This document shows, one piece after another, positions 28,612-30,750 of a stretch of DNA of 30,750 bases (its first letter is position 1; every line of letters starts with the position of its first letter). The notes below the pieces were generated by a model. It did not search any database. It was not told where the DNA came from and was given only the letters and a program-made list of their open reading frames with translations. Source of the stretch: Oscillospiraceae bacterium (GTDB lineage Bacteria > Bacillota > Clostridia > Oscillospirales > Acutalibacteraceae); contig CACWJV010000044.1 in NCBI GenBank assembly GCA_902761265.1, forward strand, positions 1-30,750, read 5' to 3'. Position numbers and translations under genes: made by a program.

Positions 28612-30750
28612 TCATTTTCCTCAATACACCACTGATTATATCAGCGGCGTCATGTCGCTGCGCAAGCCGCAGACAAAATCTCTCAAGATTTTGGAAGAGA
28701 TTCTAAGCAGCGTATCGCTGCGCAAGGATATGAATCTGCGTGGTGCACTCGGCGCGGTTCATGCTTTGTATCCAACCTGCTCTGATTTTGAACGTGATTT
28801 CATGTCTTTGACCTTTGCATTGGCAACCGGCGTCGGCAAAACGCGGTTAATGGGCGCGTTTATTGCATATCTCTTTACACAGCGCAATATCCGCAATTTC
28901 TTTGTTGTTGCGCCGAACACGACGATTTATGATAAATTAAAGCGTGATCTCTCGGATTCCGGCAGTCCGAAGTATGTGTTCCGCGGCCTTGGCTGCTTCA
29001 GCCGCGCTCCGCAGATCATCACAGATGATGATTATAAAACAAAACAGATTTCGCTTTTTGAATCCGATATCCGCATCTTCATTTACAATATCGACAAGTT
29101 CAATAAAGAAGGCGCCAACATGAAGAAGATCAACGAGATCATTGGCGACTCTTTCTATCAATATCTTTCTGCGCTGCCGGACTTGGTGTTGATCATGGAC
29201 GAATCGCACCACTATCGAGCAGAACGCGGTGCAGCCGCTTTAAATGAGCTTCATCCTCTTTTGGGGCTTGAGCTAACGGCTACGCCGCTTGTTACAAAAG
29301 GCAGCAGACAGATTCCGTTCAAAAATGTTGTGTATGAGTATCCGCTTTCAAAAGCAATTGAAGACGGTTATACCCGGACGCCGTTTGCCGTTACCCGCTC
29401 TGACATCGACTTTTACAATTTCGGTGACGAGCAGCTCGACAAAATGATGCTTCTCGATGGCATTGCCTGCCATGAAAATACAAAGCGCAAACTGGAAGTC
29501 TATGCTGCCAATCACAACAAGCCAATCGTGAAACCGTTTATGCTTGTTGTCTGCAAAGACACCGATCACGCTACATGGGTAGAGAGTTTTATCCGTTCCG
29601 ATCAATTCCGCAATGGAGCATATGCAAATAAGACGATCATTGTGCACTCCAAGCAGAAAGGCTCCGAGACGGAGGCAAACACGAGATTGCTCCTTGGCGT
29701 TGAAGAACCGGAAAACCCAGTTGAAATCGTGATTCATGTCAATATGCTTAAGGAAGGCTGGGATGTGAATAATCTCTATACTATTGTGCCACTCCGCACG
29801 GCTGCATCAAAGATTCTGCGCGAGCAGATGGTTGGCCGTGGTCTGCGTCTGCCCTACGGAGAGCGCACCGGTGACCGTGATGTGGATGCCGTTATGCTTA
29901 CAGCACACGATAAATTTCAAGATATTCTTGAGGAAGCCCAGCGTGGCGATTCAATCTTCAAGGCCGGCAATGTGATCAATGCCGCTGAACTCGTTCCTGT
30001 TCAGACAACCCAAGCACAGATGTCTTTCCATATGCCGCCGACTACGACGGGACAGAGAAATCAACCACTCCCCGAACTTCCGCAAACAGAAAAAACGAAG
30101 GCAATCATTGACAAAGCTGATGATCTGATCAAAAAAGCAGTTGTACACACGATTCAGTCAACGTCAACACATGCGGTCACACAACAGGATATAAAACAAA
30201 TCACAGAAGATGTGGCTGCTTTCATTTCTGAAGACCATGCCCTTGGAGAAGCTTTCTCAGAGAATAAAACAGCTTTGACTGCATGGATTGAGCAAAAAAC
30301 GGAACAGACGCATCTTGCTGCAAAAGAAAAGTTTATTCCGATTCCTCGTGTCAGGATTACGGATTCCGGTGTGGAAGAATATGCTTTTGTTGATTTTGAC
30401 CTTGATACGGCAGAATTAAACCATGTACCTATCCGTAACGAACTATTGATTCAAAATCTTGAAGACATGTCTGATCGTCAGCGTATACAGGGTGACGTGA
30501 TTGATTTTGAAGGATATAATCCCAAAAAAGTCATTTTGAATGAGCTACGGAAAAAACCGGAGATTGATTATGAAAAATGCTCCGCACTTCTATTTAAGCT
30601 AATTACACAGCTTTGTGATCATTATGAATTTCAGCACGGGCCGAACGGTATGCTTAATATCGTTATGATGTTTAAACGCGATATAGCAAACAAGGTTTAT
30701 CTGCAGATGATGCAGCACTTCTATTGCAAAAACGGTTCGCTGAAAGAAGA
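28604..30750 (+). CDS. res: Type III restriction endonuclease/helicase subunit Res (runs off the window; absent from the ORF track because it has no stop)
   Basis: ATG 28604 overlaps the mod stop. My translation: MINHFPQY...MSLRKPQ, FALATGVGKTRLM (Walker A), IMDESHHYRA (DEAD-like), ELTATP, VNMLKEGWDV, EQMVGRGLRLP; the frame was open wherever I spot-checked it, up to the window end. Confidence 0.9.
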   Translation, partial: MINHFPQYTTDYISGVMSLRKPQTKSLKILEEILSSVSLRKDMNLRGALGAVHALYPTCSDFERDFMSLTFALATGVGKTRLMGAFIAYLFTQRNIRNFFVVAPNTTIYDKLKRDLSDSGSPKYVFRGLGCFSRAPQIITDDDYKTKQISLFESDIRIFIYNIDKFNKEGANMKKINEIIGDSFYQYLSALPDLVLIMDESHHYRAERGAAALNELHPLLGLELTATPLVTKGSRQIPFKNVVYEYPLSKAIEDGYTRTPFAVTRSDIDFYNFGDEQLDKMMLLDGIACHENTKRKLEVYAANHNKPIVKPFMLVVCKDTDHATWVESFIRSDQFRNGAYANKTIIVHSKQKGSETEANTRLLLGVEEPENPVEIVIHVNMLKEGWDVNNLYTIVPLRTAASKILREQMVGRGLRLPYGERTGDRDVDAVMLTAHDKFQDILEEAQRGDSIFKAGNVINAAELVPVQTTQAQMSFHMPPTTTGQRNQPLPELPQTEKTKAIIDKADDLIKKAVVHTIQSTSTHAVTQQDIKQITEDVAAFISEDHALGEAFSENKTALTAWIEQKTEQTHLAAKEKFIPIPRVRITDSGVEEYAFVDFDLDTAELNHVPIRNELLIQNLEDMSDRQRIQGDVIDFEGYNPKKVILNELRKKPEIDYEKCSALLFKLITQLCDHYEFQHGPNGMLNIVMMFKRDIANKVYLQMMQHFYCKNGSLKE

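Larger units (their letters stand above)
20483..30750. mobile_element. Integrative mobilizable element (MOBV relaxase, AAA replication-type ATPase, TnpV) carrying a type III R-M operon; boundaries approximate, extends beyond the window
   Basis: Visibly lower GC than the host part, a gene set typical of Tn4451-like/MOBV clostridial elements, oriT motif, location next to tRNA genes. No intact integrase or att repeat found in the window. Confidence 0.75.

Overview
Chromosomal replication-origin region of a GC-rich clostridial Bacillota genome (probably Oscillospirales; inferred from gene content), followed by an AT-richer integrative mobilizable element. Left part (1-19147, all minus strand, in transcription order): dnaA-[oriC unwinding site]-dnaN-yaaA-recF-remB-gyrB-gyrA-LCP-HAD-mnmG-rsmG-noc-(zinc ribbon/TM/TPR protein)-(membrane protein)-GH2 beta-galactosidase, with two perfect parS palindromes at mnmG. 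Divergent from dnaA: nth, then a tRNA-Met/tRNA-Glu operon whose spacer is an array of four ~30-nt units. Each unit forms a C(UNCG)G hairpin with structure-preserving substitutions; this is the most unusual signal in the window. From ~20.5 kb to the end lies a decaying MOBV-type element: ParB-like gene with a stop codon, relaxase and oriT, AAA ATPase, TnpV, and a possible serine-recombinase relic. It carries a DUF6088-RhuM-type III Mod-Res operon with a palindrome over its promoter. Four genes (lacZ, mnmG, dnaA, mod) have frameshifting internal deletions and one has a 32-nt duplication with two synonymous differences. Together these most likely mark assembly or scaffold joins rather than biology, but this needs read-level checking.
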